From assembly GCA_964486505.1 (NCBI GenBank), contig CAZAMC010000001.1, forward strand, positions 170,133-234,132: DNA of 64,000 nucleotides, in the 5' to 3' direction. Every line of letters starts with the position of its first letter. The stretch's first letter is position 1. Source of the stretch: an uncultured Gammaproteobacteria bacterium (GTDB lineage Bacteria; Patescibacteriota; Patescibacteriia; PEXW01). The notes under the pieces were generated by a model that was not told where the DNA came from, ran no database searches, and saw only the letters and a list, made by a program, of their open reading frames with translations. This document shows positions 27,068-36,546 of the stretch, in pieces. The position numbers and the translations under genes are program-made.

Positions 27068-27973
27068 TTGAAAACTCAGAAACTGCCCTACGTCATTTCT
27101 CTTGACGTTCACCTACTTCTAGAAAAGTGGGCGGCCCAAACTGGCTGGCGTGTACCATCTGCAGCGTTTATGCGTAACTTACGCGTAAAATGGCTACACA
27201 AGCTCCGCACCGTCTTGCCGACCCTTACAGTCGTTTCGGAGAGCACGCTGCGCACCGGCTTGCAGCAGCAATGTAATGCCAGCGTCGTACCTTGCGTAAC
27301 GTTGGAATCATGTTACGTTCAGACACCATTTGGCCTCCAGCTCAACCGTACGGTGAACACCGCAGGGAGAGATACCGGCACGTTTGCGCGTAACGGGAGT
27401 GCTGCGCTGCGTGTGCAACTGCGTGAACTAAAAGCGAGCTGTGGCACCAACATTTCCCTTGTGGATGATGTTATCTACTCTGGTGAGCTCGTGTCTCGTC
27501 TTATTCGCTTGCTCCGCAACGACGGGTTCACCATTCACGAAGTCATCGCGGGTATTGGGATTGGCAACGGTGTCATGAAAGTCCTGGGCGAAGGTGTGCG
27601 CGTTTCCTGCGTGCAATACTACGCGGAAGTCATTGACCAGGTGTGCGAACGGGATTTCTTTCCTCGCATGCCGTACTCGGGGCGTACCCTTTTGGGCGCG
27701 CGCAATGTCGGTGTGCCCTACATTCTCCCTTTTGGGAAGCCGGAGCAGTGGGCGTCTGTACCACCAGAAAAGGCAAAAATGTTTTCTGCCTTCTGCCTAC
27801 GGGCAACGTACTTGCTCTACCATGAACTGTGCGCAATCAACCGTCGGTCACCTCGTAATTGTGACATGCCTCGTCAGCTCATGAACCTGCCGGCTGAAGG
27901 ATCCATCATGGATGGCTTTACCCAGTGGTTTAGACAAGTAGCAGAAAATGGCGATTTGGTATCGTTACAGTAA
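27068..27973 (+). CDS. hypothetical protein with phosphoribosyltransferase-like PRPP-binding motif
   Basis: ISLVDDVIYSGELVS resembles the type I PRTase PRPP loop. The rest is unrecognised. Confidence 0.4.
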   Translation: MKTQKLPYVISLDVHLLLEKWAAQTGWRVPSAAFMRNLRVKWLHKLRTVLPTLTVVSESTLRTGLQQQCNASVVPCVTLESCYVQTPFGLQLNRTVNTAGRDTGTFARNGSAALRVQLRELKASCGTNISLVDDVIYSGELVSRLIRLLRNDGFTIHEVIAGIGIGNGVMKVLGEGVRVSCVQYYAEVIDQVCERDFFPRMPYSGRTLLGARNVGVPYILPFGKPEQWASVPPEKAKMFSAFCLRATYLLYHELCAINRRSPRNCDMPRQLMNLPAEGSIMDGFTQWFRQVAENGDLVSLQ

Positions 27974-28003
27974 AAAGTTGGCACCGTAGGTATTACCAAA
28001 CAA

Positions 28004-28038
28004 CCGGAAGCGCAAAACGCGTTTCCGGTTTTCAAATT
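28004..28038 (+). terminator. rho-independent terminator
   Basis: CCGGAAGCGC-aaaa-CGCGTTTCCGG bulged hairpin followed by TTTTCAAATT. Confidence 0.5.
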
Positions 28039-28071
28039 GGGGCTTACTGTAGCATCTGCCGCAGGTCCTTT

Positions 28072-28764
28072 TCATTTCGCATTGGCAAGAACCGCTTTTG
28101 CACTAATGCTTACCGCATCGTACAGCGGAAGTGGTACGTGCTCTTGCGCTAGGACGAGTGGTAGCTCAGTGCAACCCAGGACAATCGCAGTTGCCCCTTG
28201 CGCCTGAAATCCCTGGCATACAGCCTGCAACGCTGCTACGTCAGAATCGCTCTGCTGCCCCGCCATGACGTGTATGATGACTCCGGTGACCTGCGCTTGC
28301 TGCGCAACAGACGGAACTACCGCTCCAACGTGCTGGTTCTTTAGTGCCCTGGTATACAAATCCAGCTTCGCGGTTGTCTCCGACGAGAGCACCCCGACAA
28401 CGGGGTGCCCGATCACGGCTTGCACAGTCACCTCGATCATATGCACAATGGGCACAGGACAATTTGCTTGTAGCTGATCATACAGCACATGCACGGTGTT
28501 GCACGCCATGATTATGCAGTCACACCCGGCCGCCACGAGCTTCGCAATACCCGTTTGGAGTTGCATAAGTACGCTTTGCGCATCGACAATACCGGTTTCA
28601 TCAAATCCCGTGAGCGGCAAACTGTACAGCACAATTTCTGGGTAATCTGTGTCTTGCACAGCCTGGTACTGCTCTTGGCAAAGCTGAATAATTTTCTGGT
28701 ACATGGCGGCACTAGCGCTAGGGCCCATGCCGCCGAGGATGCCAATGGTTTTCGTGAATGGCAT
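28072..28764 (-). CDS. aspartate/glutamate racemase family protein
   Basis: IGILGGMGPSASAAMY and ACNTVH motifs of Asp/Glu/hydantoin racemases. Confidence 0.8.
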   Translation of the reverse strand: MPFTKTIGILGGMGPSASAAMYQKIIQLCQEQYQAVQDTDYPEIVLYSLPLTGFDETGIVDAQSVLMQLQTGIAKLVAAGCDCIIMACNTVHVLYDQLQANCPVPIVHMIEVTVQAVIGHPVVGVLSSETTAKLDLYTRALKNQHVGAVVPSVAQQAQVTGVIIHVMAGQQSDSDVAALQAVCQGFQAQGATAIVLGCTELPLVLAQEHVPLPLYDAVSISAKAVLANAK

Positions 28765-28824
28765 AGAGTAGAAAAAATGAAGATTGAGGTGGGGTGAGGA
28801 GGTTTGCTAGACCTCCCCACTGCA

Positions 28825-29463
28825 TTACAACAGAGCAATGTTGGTGTAGGTTCCACACGGGGCGAAGAGCACGACGCGCAAGTTGAACTCCGGCAGGATC
28901 TTCTGGACTAAGCGAAGCACTGGTTGCTGCTGTGCCTGGTAAAAATCCGGCAGGATGTTCACGCCATAATTGAATCCCAAGCGCGACTTCCGCAAGGTGA
29001 GGCCAACGTCGAGCAAGGTGCACAGGTACGCACCCTCCGCACTGACGAGTGGCGCGCCCGAGCAGAACACTGTTCCGTCGCCGCCTTCTACCGGCCGCTT
29101 CTTCTTGGGCAGGGCGTACAGCATGCACAAGGCTTCTTTCGCCTCCAGTGCCACGCTAGATTCGAGCACGGTGTAGTCCGGTTTTGGCATGAAGACGTGC
29201 ATACGCTGTGCAGCGCGCTCCATAGGGTGTGCTTGGTCAGCCGTATGCACGTCGTCGATGAAGAGCATTGTGGCATCACCCGGCTGCACCATCTGCTGGC
29301 CGAGCTGCCAACCAATTGCGCTCCAGATCGTGGGCCCAATGGCCTGGTAGTAGTGGCCTGCTTCAATGATGTGACGCAATAGGTCCTCCTTTGTAGTGGA
29401 TGTAGTGAGCGGTGTTTGAAAATACAAAAAACAACCTCTGCGAGGTTGCTTGCTCCTACCCAC
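28825..29463 (-). CDS. hypothetical protein (212 aa)
   Basis: ORF only. The N-terminal approximately 20 residues are dubious. Confidence 0.35.
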   Translation of the reverse strand: MGRSKQPRRGCFLYFQTPLTTSTTKEDLLRHIIEAGHYYQAIGPTIWSAIGWQLGQQMVQPGDATMLFIDDVHTADQAHPMERAAQRMHVFMPKPDYTVLESSVALEAKEALCMLYALPKKKRPVEGGDGTVFCSGAPLVSAEGAYLCTLLDVGLTLRKSRLGFNYGVNILPDFYQAQQQPVLRLVQKILPEFNLRVVLFAPCGTYTNIALL

Positions 29464-29666
29464 GAATTGGGGCTAGATCATTCTGTTCACGAGCACGTGC
29501 AGGCAACCTCGGGAATGAGGTTGCGACGACGCATTGATAGTGCCTGCGGGGCGTGAGCGTTCATGCGGACAGCCTACCTGTTGATGACGAGCATGTCAAC
29601 CACTGTTGCGCTACCTACAACACTATGTTAGGACAATAGCAGAACGTCTTGAAAGGAGTATGAACG

Positions 29667-30458
29667 TTGAAAATTCCAAAGTTAATAGTTTCAGACATTG
29701 ATGGCGTTATGGCAATTGACGGCAATATTGTTGCAACAGTTGCCGAAGAGTTAAAACGACTCATGCAGAGCGGCACCCTCTGCACCGTTGCCACGGGTCG
29801 AGGGTACTATCGCTACCTACAATGCGCGGCGGGGAAATTTACGCCAAATTTTCCTGTCATCGTGGAAAATGGTGGCAGGATTTGCTCACCAGAAGGTCAG
29901 ACACTGCATGCCGTCCCGGTCAGCAACGAAACATGCGCAAAGGTGGAACACCTCATGACACCGCCCTTTGTTCATGGCATGGGGTTTATCCAGTTAGCGG
30001 ACAACCGCTACGTAAATCTGGAATACACGCCAAAGCCTGATGCAGAAAACGTCTTCTTACCCCAAGCGCAGGTTGCGGCAGAATACGAGTCGTTACCAGA
30101 ATTCCTGCATCACTTGCGTACATCGAGATGCTGTGTGCTTGCATTTCTCCCTCCCCCGGGTATGGGGATGCAATTCCCCGATGACGTCAATTGGACGCGC
30201 AATGACCATAACTACATGGTTATGGAGAAGGGCGTCTCCAAAGCCTCTGCACTCCGCCACCTCTGTACGCTTCACAACATCCCGCTTGATCAGGTGCTCA
30301 TTGCTGGCAACGACTACAACGACCAAGAACTTTTTCGCCTCCCCGTGGCCTGGCGAATAGCCGTTGGCGATGGCTGCAAAGAAATCCAAGCGTTGGCCAC
30401 GCATACAGTTGATACGCCCTATGCCTTTGGCAACTTCCTGACGCACTTTGTGGACTAA
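29667..30458 (+). CDS. HAD-superfamily hydrolase, Cof-type (IIB)
   Basis: LIVSDIDGVMA motif I. A TTG start lies 8 nt after a GAAAGGAG RBS. The Cof-like cap is followed by ...GNDYNDQELF motif IV. Confidence 0.75.
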   Translation: MKIPKLIVSDIDGVMAIDGNIVATVAEELKRLMQSGTLCTVATGRGYYRYLQCAAGKFTPNFPVIVENGGRICSPEGQTLHAVPVSNETCAKVEHLMTPPFVHGMGFIQLADNRYVNLEYTPKPDAENVFLPQAQVAAEYESLPEFLHHLRTSRCCVLAFLPPPGMGMQFPDDVNWTRNDHNYMVMEKGVSKASALRHLCTLHNIPLDQVLIAGNDYNDQELFRLPVAWRIAVGDGCKEIQALATHTVDTPYAFGNFLTHFVD

Positions 30459-30497
30459 AAAACATGCGCTTACCTTGTGGGTAAGCGCATTTTAATA

Positions 30498-31319
30498 CTA
30501 GGCAACCTGCCGTCGCAGCGCTCGAACTTTCTGAGCGCTAATACGCTGCTTCCAGTGCTTCACATTCACACCATGCGTGCCCGCCGAACCGGCCTTCAAC
30601 GAGGTGCTAACAATCGCGCCGTTGGCATACCGCAAGAGATCTTTCGCATTCCGCGCATCAACCCCGCTCCCAATAATAATGTACCGAGAGGCGCCAAGCT
30701 CCTTTCGCAAATCCTTTAGAGTTTGTAGTTCTGGTGCTTCGCCGGTCCATCGGCCCGTAACCACGACGGCATCGGCGCCTTTGCGAAAGGCTAGCCGTGC
30801 CGATTGTACAAGTGTATAGCGAGAGAGCAACTTCGCATGTTTTACATGAATGTCGGCAAGGATGGCTACGTGTTCTGCGTGGAAACGTTTCCGGAAGGTT
30901 GCAACATCACGGGGGTTGCCTGCAATGGTGCCACAGGACGTTTTCACCCGATCCACAAAAACCGGGATGCGAATGAACGCCAAGTCGAGAGCTGACGCCA
31001 GCGCGAAAGCGGCCCGGTAATCATTCCACAGCACATTTACACCAAGGGGATTTCGCACTCCGGCCCGGATACGCGCGCCGAGCATAGCCATGGAGGCTAC
31101 CGTTTCGGGACCGACGACCGGCAGGTGGGGAAGATCGTAGTTGTTCTCGATAATAACCCCATCCATACCACCACGAAAAAACCTACGGGCATCAGTTTCC
31201 GCTGCCTTCCCAGCCACGTCTAAGCCTGGTGAATGCGCATACCCCAAGAGTGGCGGAAAGTGCGCCGCCCCAATGAGAATGTTTTGCGACCGTTTGAAGA
31301 TTCGGGAGAGGTTCATCAT
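30498..31319 (-). CDS. BtpA/SgcQ-family TIM-barrel protein
   Basis: A 273-aa ORF with the BtpA family pattern (IGAAHFPPLLG...GVIIEN...). Confidence 0.65.
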   Translation of the reverse strand: MMNLSRIFKRSQNILIGAAHFPPLLGYAHSPGLDVAGKAAETDARRFFRGGMDGVIIENNYDLPHLPVVGPETVASMAMLGARIRAGVRNPLGVNVLWNDYRAAFALASALDLAFIRIPVFVDRVKTSCGTIAGNPRDVATFRKRFHAEHVAILADIHVKHAKLLSRYTLVQSARLAFRKGADAVVVTGRWTGEAPELQTLKDLRKELGASRYIIIGSGVDARNAKDLLRYANGAIVSTSLKAGSAGTHGVNVKHWKQRISAQKVRALRRQVA

Positions 31320-31332
31320 GGATTCAGTGTAA

Positions 31333-31365
31333 TGAAAAAGAACGGCGTAGTAAAATACGCCGTTC
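31333..31365 (-). terminator. rho-independent terminator (minus strand)
   Basis: A perfect 10-bp stem GAACGGCGTA/TACGCCGTTC with a 6-nt loop, followed on the minus strand by TTTTTCATT. It lies just downstream of the family-3 gene stop. Confidence 0.65.
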
Positions 31366-31376
31366 TCTATAAGGTT

Positions 31377-32831
31377 CTACGCACACTTTTCTTTTTGGGA
31401 CTCCAGGACATGCTTTTGCAGCACATCCCAAGCCCCACCGGAAGTAACTGCCTGCTTGCAAGCCAGGTAACACTCCCGCAAATACACCGTATTCAGCTGA
31501 TTGCGCACGACACAGTCAACGCGATCGCCGTACCGGTGCATGAACAACGGCAGCGCGGCATTCATGGCAAGGTAGTTAACCAGGTGCTCATCCTGATTCT
31601 GGAGAGTACGCTGGTTAGCCGCAAGAATGTGCTCTTTGTCGTTCACAACGTGCACCGACGTTGGCGGGATAGTAATGCCGAAGTCGCCAGGCGTTACCAA
31701 GAATGAACCACGGTACATATCCTGGTAGGCAATGGATACGATGGATGCAAACGGCGAAAGCTCGTCGACAATGGTATGCTCGCGCACCATTGGCAAATCG
31801 TACGGATCGGTATGCGGGCTGTCGATATCTAAGCCGCACACAATGGCCACACCTGCATTACGTTGCAGACCTTTTTCGTGCAGCAACGTATACGCGCGAG
31901 CAATGACCGACGGATGAACCTTCTCGTTCACGCCCATCAACTTCGTAATGCTGGTGAGCGGACTAAACGGCGCACTCATCGGGCCAGCCACGTGGTTGAT
32001 CGTCTCCATCATGATCAAGTGGGAAAGATCATGGATGGTCTTGCACCAGTGAGCATCGAGAAAAGCGAAGTTGGAGTTTCGCCAAACCCGTTGTACCTGC
32101 TCGACAGAGCGCAAGGTCGTATTTGCCCCAAGGAGCTCAATCGCTTCCGTGCTGCCAACCGCTGAGGTGTTCCCGTAGGAGCCGTGCTTCGCTACTGGCA
32201 AACCCAGAGCCGCGAGGACGAGCGCGCTGAGCGTGGAAACGTTGATGGTTTTCTTTACCACACCGTTGTGGACAAAGCCGACATCACCGCCCATACCCGA
32301 CGTCTCGACCACGCTCTCAGGATCCAGCTGAATGACTGTATCCATTAAGCTCGCAGCCGCAATGCCCGCAACTTCCTCGGCCGTAAGGTGCTTGAAGGAC
32401 TCCTTCGCCGCCATGAGCTGCATGAAAGCCGTCCCGCACGCTACTGCTTTCTCTGGCGTAAAGGACGAACGGTATGCCGTGGAGAATGCTGGAGCGGTTA
32501 CCTCGAAGAAGCGCTCATTCGTTGCAGCCACGACGTACGCCATGCCGCAGAAAGCCTCTTCAAAGGTAAGGTCCTGCCCATGCTTCACCTTCCGGTCAAT
32601 CATGCCCAGCGAATACCGTTCCAGCGCTTCATATGCGCCGGGTAGCTCTGCCAGACGAATGCGCGCGTCATACCCCACAGCCAGGGCTTCGCGGGCGACC
32701 TGCTTTTCTCGCCGCGGACCATCCAAAACAATCCGAGACATGTTCTTCATGTTCTTTCTCCTTATCTCTATTTCAAATTGTTCATGTGCAATGAAAAACC
32801 CCCATCCCGTGCAAAGCATGGTTGGAGCCAT
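31377..32831 (-). CDS. glycosyltransferase family 3 protein (anthranilate phosphoribosyltransferase / nucleoside phosphorylase-like), divergent and extended
   Basis: TSGMGGD ... KHGSYGNTSAVGSTEAIELLG follows the TrpD pattern (GTGGDG ... KHGNR..SS.SGS.D.LEALG). The 484-aa length exceeds TrpD. The true start is probably the internal MKNMSRIVL. Confidence 0.55.
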   Translation of the reverse strand: MAPTMLCTGWGFFIAHEQFEIEIRRKNMKNMSRIVLDGPRREKQVAREALAVGYDARIRLAELPGAYEALERYSLGMIDRKVKHGQDLTFEEAFCGMAYVVAATNERFFEVTAPAFSTAYRSSFTPEKAVACGTAFMQLMAAKESFKHLTAEEVAGIAAASLMDTVIQLDPESVVETSGMGGDVGFVHNGVVKKTINVSTLSALVLAALGLPVAKHGSYGNTSAVGSTEAIELLGANTTLRSVEQVQRVWRNSNFAFLDAHWCKTIHDLSHLIMMETINHVAGPMSAPFSPLTSITKLMGVNEKVHPSVIARAYTLLHEKGLQRNAGVAIVCGLDIDSPHTDPYDLPMVREHTIVDELSPFASIVSIAYQDMYRGSFLVTPGDFGITIPPTSVHVVNDKEHILAANQRTLQNQDEHLVNYLAMNAALPLFMHRYGDRVDCVVRNQLNTVYLRECYLACKQAVTSGGAWDVLQKHVLESQKEKCA

Positions 32832-33104
32832 GCTTAGAAAAGGACGGAGGTCTTTAAAACCTTCGTGTTGCCACCTTCTTTACGTGAAAAATTCACGTAT
32901 CTCTCACCGACGCAGACGCTACGGAGTAGCCGACATCGGATCTACCCTATGGTTACGGAGGAAGCCGGGTCTCCACTGGTGCAGAGACCTCCCTGCCAAT
33001 TGGCGAATCAGGCCCAATCCCCTATTTCTAGGGGACCTGATCCATGGGATTTGGACTTGTAAAGAACTCGTTTGCCCACCTTAGCAGAGGGGTTTTGGAG
33101 TGTC

Positions 33105-33143
33105 AAGAAAACCCGCCCGTGGTGCCACGAGCGGGTTTATCGT
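33105..33143 (-). terminator. rho-independent terminator (bidirectional appearance)
   Basis: CCCGCCCGT...ACGAGCGGG GC-rich hairpin flanked by an A-run and a T-run, immediately downstream of the decarboxylase stop. Confidence 0.6.
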
Positions 33144-33150
33144 TAAAGAA

Positions 33151-34560
33151 CTACACATGCGTCTGCAGCCGCACGAACGTATCGGTGAGAGCTTGAACGA
33201 AGGCGTCCAGCCACTCATCTTTCACGTCTTGAGTCATGCAGCACTTAATCACCTGGTACGGTCGACTCTTCGGATCTGAGGGATCGGGATTAAACCAGTT
33301 CCACATGCAGATGTACTCGTCGACTATCGCTCGCAGACGATCGTATGCTTCTTGCGGCACGTCGTCGGGCAACCGGAAGGCAACCATGTTCAGGTACTGC
33401 GGCAGAAGGGTGATAGAAGGCACAGCGGCAAGCTTTTGGTGCAGCCGTTGAGCCTTTTCACGATTTTGCGTGTGCAGTGTCTGATAACCTTCCGTTCCGA
33501 GGGCGTGAATAACCGCCCAGCATGAGGCCGCATACGCAGCCGAACGAGAACCGCAGAGGGTATCGTCATGACCATCGTTCACGTACCCAGTGGGTTGCTG
33601 GATAAAACGCTGCAAACCCGAACGGCAAAGGAACAAGCCCTCAGCCATTGGGCAGTAACCCATTTTGTACGGATCAACGGTCAGCGAGTCCACTTCCGGC
33701 ACTCGGAAGGCCCACGTACCATCAGGATCCAGGAACGGGTAGATGCAACCACCGTAGGCGGCATCGACGTGCACGTAGAAACCCAACTGGTGTTGGAATT
33801 CTTCGCGCAACCGCCGCACCATTCGTCCAACTGCTTCGGTATCATCCATTGCGCCGGTCATCGTGGTTCCTTCGTTAAGGAAGATGATGAACCGTGCAAT
33901 GTGCTGTTCCGCATGCAACCGACGAATAGTCCGCTCAAGTTCAGCAACATCGATTCTGCCACATTCGCTGCAACGAATGTAGTGGAGACCAGAGCCGTCG
34001 CTCTCCGGCACGTGGTGGTTGTTCAGCAGGCTACCGTTGCCTGCTTTAAGATCTTGGAATTGGCCCGTGGCGCGAAGCTCACCCCGACCCATGTCTGTGA
34101 GTGCACAGGCTTTGGGCAAAGAGTAGTGACTCGCGGATGACGCAAGCACGGCCACGAGTTGGCCGGTGTTGCCGAACTCAGCGCGCAGCTTCTCACGGCC
34201 AATCCAAATTCCCATAATGTTGGCTTCGGTGCCTCCCGGGGTGACGTAGCCGTCAACCGTAGAATCACCGAGCAAATCGCCAACCGTGTGAATGAGGGCC
34301 TTCTCGATATTGTGCGTACCTTTGAAGCCCTTTTCACCGTCCCCACGCGTGTGCGTGAGGATCGCGTTCGCGTGCTTTGCCTGCACACTAGAGAAAACCT
34401 GAATACCAAAAGGGTGCGGATTCATGCTCGGGAAACCGAGGATGGTACTTTCCCCCCAGGTATGATTTTTCTCAATCTCAGCCTGAAGCGCCGCTTCAAT
34501 TAGTTGTGTGTTGACCCCTTGGCGGGGCCATCGCCCAGAAAACAATCCGTGAGCGTCCAT
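33151..34560 (-). CDS. group II pyridoxal-phosphate-dependent amino-acid decarboxylase
   Basis: TPGGTEANIMG, HVDAAYGG, and SLTVDPYKMGY (PLP lysine) are the signatures of the Glu/Tyr/aromatic-amino-acid decarboxylase fold family. Confidence 0.8.
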   Translation of the reverse strand: MDAHGLFSGRWPRQGVNTQLIEAALQAEIEKNHTWGESTILGFPSMNPHPFGIQVFSSVQAKHANAILTHTRGDGEKGFKGTHNIEKALIHTVGDLLGDSTVDGYVTPGGTEANIMGIWIGREKLRAEFGNTGQLVAVLASSASHYSLPKACALTDMGRGELRATGQFQDLKAGNGSLLNNHHVPESDGSGLHYIRCSECGRIDVAELERTIRRLHAEQHIARFIIFLNEGTTMTGAMDDTEAVGRMVRRLREEFQHQLGFYVHVDAAYGGCIYPFLDPDGTWAFRVPEVDSLTVDPYKMGYCPMAEGLFLCRSGLQRFIQQPTGYVNDGHDDTLCGSRSAAYAASCWAVIHALGTEGYQTLHTQNREKAQRLHQKLAAVPSITLLPQYLNMVAFRLPDDVPQEAYDRLRAIVDEYICMWNWFNPDPSDPKSRPYQVIKCCMTQDVKDEWLDAFVQALTDTFVRLQTHV

Positions 34561-34574
34561 GGCTCACCTTCCTT

Positions 34575-35603
34575 TTACTCCATTTTGAGGGTTGGGTAGT
34601 CTATGTGCATTGCGCTGCGGACCGCCTCAATGGTGGGCTGCCCCACAACACGCGCACGTTTGGTACCGGTTGAAATTGCTTCGGAAACCAGCTCAGGCTT
34701 CTGCTCAATTTCCAATCGCTTCTCGCGAATGGGATCAAGCTTGGCATTGAGCGCTTTCGCCAAATTGCGCTTGCACTCCGCGCACCCGAGCGCTCCCGAG
34801 CGACAACCGGCAGCCGTTTCTTCGGCGCCGTCGGCACGGAAAATCTCGTGGTACGAGTAGATTGGGCAGATGCTGGGATCGCCAGGATCACCTTTCCGCA
34901 ATTTCTTGGGATCAGTGAAACCGGCGCGCACTTTCTGCTCGACCTCGTTTGGCGGGTCGGACAGGTAAATTGCGTTCCCGTAACTCTTGCCCATTTTCTT
35001 CGATCCGCCCGCAAGATCACCAAGCCGCGGAACGTTCCCAACCTTAACTGTCGGCAACGTGAGAATAGTTCCGTACCGATTGTTGAACCGCCGGGCGATA
35101 TCCCGCGTATCCTCGATATGAGGAATTTGGTCTTCGCCAACCGGGATCAGCAACTCGTCCACGGGGTTGTGCGGTTGCGGGCTGAAGAGCAGGATATCCG
35201 ACGCCTGCGAGATGGGGTAGGTCATGAAACCGACATTGACATCGCCCAGCCCGAGATTTTGGATTTCCTGTTTCAACGTTGGGTTGCGCTGCAATGCGCC
35301 CATCGAGACCATGAAGCTGAGCAGTTGCGTCAGCTCGTAGTACTCGCGGACGTATGACTGCAGCACGAACGATGAGTGTTCAGCATCCAGGCCAACCGAA
35401 AGCCAGTCAGTGACGACTTGCCGGACAGAGTCTTCAATGCCTTCCACTCGATCGAAGTGCGTCGTGAGCGCCTGTACATCTGCTAGTAAAAAGTAGCAGT
35501 CGTACTCATGCTGGAGGCGTATCCAGTTTTCCAATGCGCCAACGTAGTGGCCAAGATGAAGGCGACCCGTTGTGCGCATTCCCGTAAGAATTCGCTTTAC
35601 CAC
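34575..35603 (-). CDS. trpS: tryptophan--tRNA ligase
   Basis: GMRTTGRLHLGHYVG (HIGH) and KMGKS (KMSKS) class I motifs. The 342-aa size is typical of TrpRS. Confidence 0.9.
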   Translation of the reverse strand: MVKRILTGMRTTGRLHLGHYVGALENWIRLQHEYDCYFLLADVQALTTHFDRVEGIEDSVRQVVTDWLSVGLDAEHSSFVLQSYVREYYELTQLLSFMVSMGALQRNPTLKQEIQNLGLGDVNVGFMTYPISQASDILLFSPQPHNPVDELLIPVGEDQIPHIEDTRDIARRFNNRYGTILTLPTVKVGNVPRLGDLAGGSKKMGKSYGNAIYLSDPPNEVEQKVRAGFTDPKKLRKGDPGDPSICPIYSYHEIFRADGAEETAAGCRSGALGCAECKRNLAKALNAKLDPIREKRLEIEQKPELVSEAISTGTKRARVVGQPTIEAVRSAMHIDYPTLKME

Positions 35604-35611
35604 GTTGTCTC

Positions 35612-35803
35612 CTAACCCAGACCACAGTGGGCGGTTATGTAGTTCTCTACCACGTCACGCGGTAGCGTCCCCTGCGAATGATGCACAAGGAACTTGTCAG
35701 CTACTTCGGCAATTGGCAGCCCAAGTAGCGTAATCAAGGTTGGCGCATCCTGATCCGCAAAGCGAACGAGCTCTTGCGCATCTGGGAGCTGCTGTACCTT
35801 CAT
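35612..35803 (-). CDS. small hypothetical protein (63 aa)
   Basis: Overlaps the zinc-ribbon gene by 4 nt and lies 8 nt upstream of trpS. No motif recognised. Confidence 0.4.
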   Translation of the reverse strand: MKVQQLPDAQELVRFADQDAPTLITLLGLPIAEVADKFLVHHSQGTLPRDVVENYITAHCGLG

Positions 35804-36096
35804 GTCGTTTCTCCTTTCTGTTGTATCTCTGCATTCGGTACTTCGTCAGGCGTATGCTGGCAAATGGGGCACTGGGGCGGAACGTTTGAGCCCCACACGT
35901 ACCCGTACGTCAGCTTGCAGTGCGCGCACCAGGCGGTGTCACAATCCCACAGCGGGCTTGTAGCCAAGCAGATGCGCTTCTGACAGTTTGGGCAGTGCAC
36001 GAACCCATCTGCTGAAGGCGGCGCGGTAAATGTGCAACCACACCCCCAACAGTGGTACCCACAGGTACCAATCTTCATTGTTCCACCAAATCCCAT
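35800..36096 (-). CDS. Cys-rich double zinc-ribbon protein
   Basis: Four CxxC pairs (CGYHCWGCGC, CPNC, CAHC, CPIC). The start is moved to the internal ATG preceded by GAGAGG, because the track ORF start would overlap the tRNA. Confidence 0.5.
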   Translation of the reverse strand: MGFGGTMKIGTCGYHCWGCGCTFTAPPSADGFVHCPNCQKRICLATSPLWDCDTAWCAHCKLTYGYVWGSNVPPQCPICQHTPDEVPNAEIQQKGETT

Positions 36097-36126
36097 AATA
36101 TTTCCTCTCATATTGTGTACTACAAA

Positions 36127-36199
36127 CACCCGCAGAGGGACTCGAACCCCCAACACGCAGTTTTGGAGACTGCTGCTCTACCAATTGAGCTATGCGGGC
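36127..36199 (-). tRNA. tRNA-Trp (anticodon CCA)
   Basis: Cloverleaf read from the minus strand: GCCCGCA-TA-GCTC-AATTGGTA-GAGC-A-GCAGT-CTCCAAA-ACTGC-GTGTT-GGGGG-TTCGAGT-CCCTC-TGCGGGT-G. The anticodon loop is CU-CCA-AA. No CCA end is encoded. Confidence 0.85.
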
Positions 36200-36396
36200 T
36201 GTTTTACACCTTTTTCAATATTCAGTTTTCCTAAAGGACGGTCTAAGAAAGCATCTTCCCGCTTCGCTGTTGAGTTGTCAAATACCTTAGTAAATGAAGC
36301 AGAATTTGGCTGTTTGAGCCCGCACCAAGCACATGAAAGAAAACCCCTCGCTTTCGCAAAGGGGTTTCAAAGGCTCGGGATTGAGCGCTATTTTTG

Positions 36397-36469
36397 CACC
36401 CGCAGAGGGACTCGAACCCCCAACACGCAGTTTTGGAGACTGCTGCTCTACCAATTGAGCTATGCGGGC
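36397..36469 (-). tRNA. tRNA-Trp (anticodon CCA), identical second copy
   Basis: A 73-nt sequence identical to the copy at 36127-36199. Confidence 0.85.
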
Positions 36470-36546
36470 TTTTCAAAGGAATGGCTAATGGAAACACTGA
36501 GTAGACCACTCTACACCCGGTACATTTTCTGTCAAACGGCTCTCTC

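Noticed and set aside
29497-29525. 8-bp hairpin GCAACCTC-gggaat-GAGGTTGC in the divergent intergenic region upstream of the HAD gene
   Set aside because: No U-run follows on either strand and it lies between divergent starts, so it is not a terminator. It may be an incidental or regulatory hairpin.
32740-32770. Apparent frame inconsistency when hand-translating the 5' end of the family-3 gene (MKNMSRIVL segment seemed to sit in a different frame from its flanks)
   Set aside because: The ORF track reports one uninterrupted 484-aa frame whose 3' end I could verify codon by codon. The discrepancy is most likely my own position miscounting, so I did not call a pseudogene. Raw-read inspection at this site would settle it.
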